A stretch of DNA of 57,833 nucleotides, taken from the NCBI GenBank assembly GCA_039586795.1, contig JBDHJS010000020.1, positions 1-57,833 of the forward strand. The letters are read 5' to 3'. Below, one piece after another: positions 55,391 through 57,833 of this stretch (its first letter is position 1; each line of letters starts with the position of its first letter). This DNA is from Gemmatimonadota bacterium (GTDB taxonomy: Bacteria > Gemmatimonadota > Gemmatimonadetes > Palauibacterales > KS3-K002). Under the pieces are notes generated by a model that worked only from the letters and a program-made list of their open reading frames with translations, made no database searches and was not told the origin of the DNA. Made by a program: the position numbers and the translations under genes.

Positions 55391-57127
55391 ATGAAGACCC
55401 TCTTTGTTTTGGTGAGCGTGATGTTCCTTCTAGCGGCCTGCGGGTCCGCCGGAGATGGAACGCAAGGCAGGATCGGTGACGCTGATCCGATCCTGTATTA
55501 CGGCGGCGACATCCTCACGATGGAGGGCGACACACCCAACTACGTGGAAGCCGTGGTGGTACAGGGGGGCCGAATCGCTTTTGTCGGCGCTAGGGCCGAG
55601 GCAGAAGAGCGATTTGCAGATGCTCAAAGAGTGGACCTGGCAGGCAAGACCTTACTCCCTGGTTTCATCGATGCCCACGGGCACGTTTGGATCACAGGTT
55701 TTCAGGCACTCGCCGCTAATCTGTTGCCACCTCCGGATGGCCCGGGCAACACAATTCCTGCTCTAATTGAAGAAGTAGAGAAATGGAAAGCCAATAGTGA
55801 AGGGGCTATTGGCAAAGTGGGCTGGATCATCGGTTTCGGTTATGACGATGCCCAGTTGGAGGAGGGTCGCCACCCCACCGCCAGTGAACTGGATGCGATC
55901 AGTACCGAATATCCGGTACTGATGATTCATCAATCCGGTCATCTTGCCGTGATGAACCATAAGGCCCTCGAGATGTCCGGGTACACCACTGAAACGCCAA
56001 ATCCAAAAGGAGGAATTATCCAGAGGGTAGCCGGTAGTCAGGAGCCCAATGGAGTACTTGAAGAGATGGCTTTCTTCCAACCGGTATTCGGAATCTTCGC
56101 CAGTCTCGATCAGGAAGCCAACGAAAAGCTAGCCCTTGCCGGTCTGGAGGCTTATGCCCGCTTCGGTTTCACCACTGCCCAGGAGGGACGCGCCACTGCG
56201 GCAAATGTTGAGACCTGGCGAAAGCTCGCCGGAGAAGGTGCTCTAATGATCGATGTGGCGGCCTACCCGGATGTTCAGAATCAGATGGACTATGTCAAAG
56301 AGGTAGGTGTACAAAGTGAATACACCAACCGCTTTCGGGTGGCGGGAGTGAAAATCAGTCTCGATGGCTCACCCCAGGGCAAGACAGCATGGCTTACCGA
56401 ACCCTATGTAGTACCGCCTGCTGGAAAAGACAGTGACTACCGGGGCTATCCTGCATTCCCCAATGAATCAGACGTGTTGGCCTTAATCGATTCTACCTAC
56501 AAATACAACTGGCAAATCCTGGCTCATTGCAACGGTGATGCAGCGTCAGATGAGTTCATCCGCGCCCTGAGACACGCAACCGACATGTACGGAGAAGGCG
56601 ATCGGCGACCCGTCATGGTCCATGCCCAAACCGTCAGGGAAGACCAGCTGGATTCCATGAAGGTCTTGGGGGCCATCCCCTCCTACTTTGGCATGCACAC
56701 TTTCTATTGGGGAGACTGGCACCGCGATGAGACCTTGGGCATGGAAAGAGCCTACAGGATCTCTCCCGCCCAATCTACGCTCCGGCGCGACATGATCTTC
56801 ACCGAACATCACGACGCACCGGTGGCTTTGCCTAATTCCCTCATGATCTTGCATAGCATCGTCAACCGTACCAGCCGTTCGGGAGATATCATTGGTCCTG
56901 ATCAACGGGTCAGTCCGTATATCGCACTGAAATCCATTACCGACTGGGCGGCTTATCAATACTTCGAGGAAGACCGAAAAGGAACGATCACGGAAGGCAA
57001 GCTGGCAGATCTAGTCATTCTGGACAGGAACCCTTTGAAGGTCGCTGCTTCCGACATCATGAACATTCAGGTATTGGAAACGATAAAGGAGGGAAGCCAT
57101 GTCTATCAGGCTACAATCGCCCACTAA
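55391..57127 (+). CDS. Amidohydrolase (YtcJ-like, family 3), lipoprotein
   Basis: LAAC lipobox; PGFIDAHGH, K..LDGS.QG.TA, HCNGD, VHAQ, HHDAPV and GKLADLVIL motifs. Confidence 0.92.
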   Translation: MKTLFVLVSVMFLLAACGSAGDGTQGRIGDADPILYYGGDILTMEGDTPNYVEAVVVQGGRIAFVGARAEAEERFADAQRVDLAGKTLLPGFIDAHGHVWITGFQALAANLLPPPDGPGNTIPALIEEVEKWKANSEGAIGKVGWIIGFGYDDAQLEEGRHPTASELDAISTEYPVLMIHQSGHLAVMNHKALEMSGYTTETPNPKGGIIQRVAGSQEPNGVLEEMAFFQPVFGIFASLDQEANEKLALAGLEAYARFGFTTAQEGRATAANVETWRKLAGEGALMIDVAAYPDVQNQMDYVKEVGVQSEYTNRFRVAGVKISLDGSPQGKTAWLTEPYVVPPAGKDSDYRGYPAFPNESDVLALIDSTYKYNWQILAHCNGDAASDEFIRALRHATDMYGEGDRRPVMVHAQTVREDQLDSMKVLGAIPSYFGMHTFYWGDWHRDETLGMERAYRISPAQSTLRRDMIFTEHHDAPVALPNSLMILHSIVNRTSRSGDIIGPDQRVSPYIALKSITDWAAYQYFEEDRKGTITEGKLADLVILDRNPLKVAASDIMNIQVLETIKEGSHVYQATIAH

Positions 57128-57833
57128 CCACATCGGGCATCTTCTCCGCCAATTCGGCACGGCATTGGTATTGATGGCGGTCGTTTGTTCAACGGTCTAT
57201 GCCCAGGAAGAAGAAGTCGACCGGGCCCAGGAGGCGGCCGAACAGTTGGCCAATCCCAACTCCACCATTGGTTTTTTGACTTTTCCCACCGACGTGAAGT
57301 TCTATGATGGTACTCTTCCGGACGCAAGTTCTCAAACAGCTTTTAGATTCAATTTCCAGCCCAGTCTTCCTTATAATCTTGGCCCAGGGGTGAATCTCTT
57401 CGCGAGGCCACTTTTTCCGATTATAATCCAACAACCTGTAGTAACCGAAGATGGCTTTGAAAACGTTGGGGTGGCCTTGGGAGATATTTCAATCGATGTG
57501 GCCCTTGGGAAAAGCTGGAGCAGTGGAATAGTAACAATGATCGGAGGTTTTGTTTCTTTCCCCACCGCCACGGACGATAACCTCGGCACAGGACGCTACC
57601 TGGCCGGGCCGGAGTTTGTTGCTGGCTATGTCGGGGGATGGGGTTCTGTCTACGTGCTGATATTCCACAGTTGGAGTATTTCCGATAATGAAGAAGGCAC
57701 CCTCAGTGCGACCGGCGGCCAGTACTTCTACACCTTCAACTTGGGAAATGCCTGGCAGATACAGGGCCAGCCAGTGTTTTCCTATAACAGCAAGGCACCA
57801 GAGGGACAACAATGGTCGTTCCCTGTTGGAGGC
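57099..57833 (+). CDS. Outer-membrane beta-barrel-like protein, 3' truncated by the window edge (not in the ORF track)
   Basis: Manual translation from ATG 57099 (AAGGAGG RBS): signal peptide...AEQLANP...FQP.LP...LGDI...FPTATDDNLG.G...GP; frame is open to the window end. Confidence 0.8.
   Translation, partial: MSIRLQSPTNHIGHLLRQFGTALVLMAVVCSTVYAQEEEVDRAQEAAEQLANPNSTIGFLTFPTDVKFYDGTLPDASSQTAFRFNFQPSLPYNLGPGVNLFARPLFPIIIQQPVVTEDGFENVGVALGDISIDVALGKSWSSGIVTMIGGFVSFPTATDDNLGTGRYLAGPEFVAGYVGGWGSVYVLIFHSWSISDNEEGTLSATGGQYFYTFNLGNAWQIQGQPVFSYNSKAPEGQQWSFPVGG

Overview
This is a high-GC bacterial chromosomal window; a diderm such as Gemmatimonadota is a guess from gene style only. I found no rRNA, tRNA, CRISPR array, transposase or integrase. 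In order it contains: (1) the end of a fucosidase-like gene, a serine hydrolase, a heptaheme cytochrome c/cytochrome b pair and an mgtE remnant. (2) An ATP-grasp ligase fused to a degenerate M20 peptidase, followed by a gamma-glutamyltransferase. (3) A ~13.7 kb nine-gene minus-strand cluster: HD-like protein, PrpD/MmgE, single-chain homoaconitase, homoisocitrate/isocitrate-type dehydrogenase, CitD-CitE fusion, CitF, ADP-forming acyl-CoA synthetase, thiolase and an HAD-ECH fusion. It has no citrate/homocitrate synthase or citC/G/X and may encode an uncharacterised CoA-dependent tricarboxylate-cleavage pathway. (4) A probable low-oxygen island: Rrf2 regulator, ba3-type oxidase (cbaDBA), two USP-type genes, a DosS-like heme-GAF kinase, a sigma54 activator and a PAS kinase lacking its phospho-His. 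A divergent sigma54 promoter with an IHF site and palindromic enhancer points into a non-coding hairpin, a candidate new sRNA. (5) Envelope genes: a repeat protein, MltF-like enzyme, an OMP with a DtxR/MntR-type box, penicillin acylase, an M16 pair, three paralogous beta-barrels and a His-rich ABC system. (6) A Ser/Thr kinase with 16 WD40 repeats, then a lower-GC amidohydrolase/OMP segment. Heptamer tandem repeats and a 28-bp inverted-repeat element sit at gene junctions. All family assignments come from motif recognition by eye; no database searches were run.
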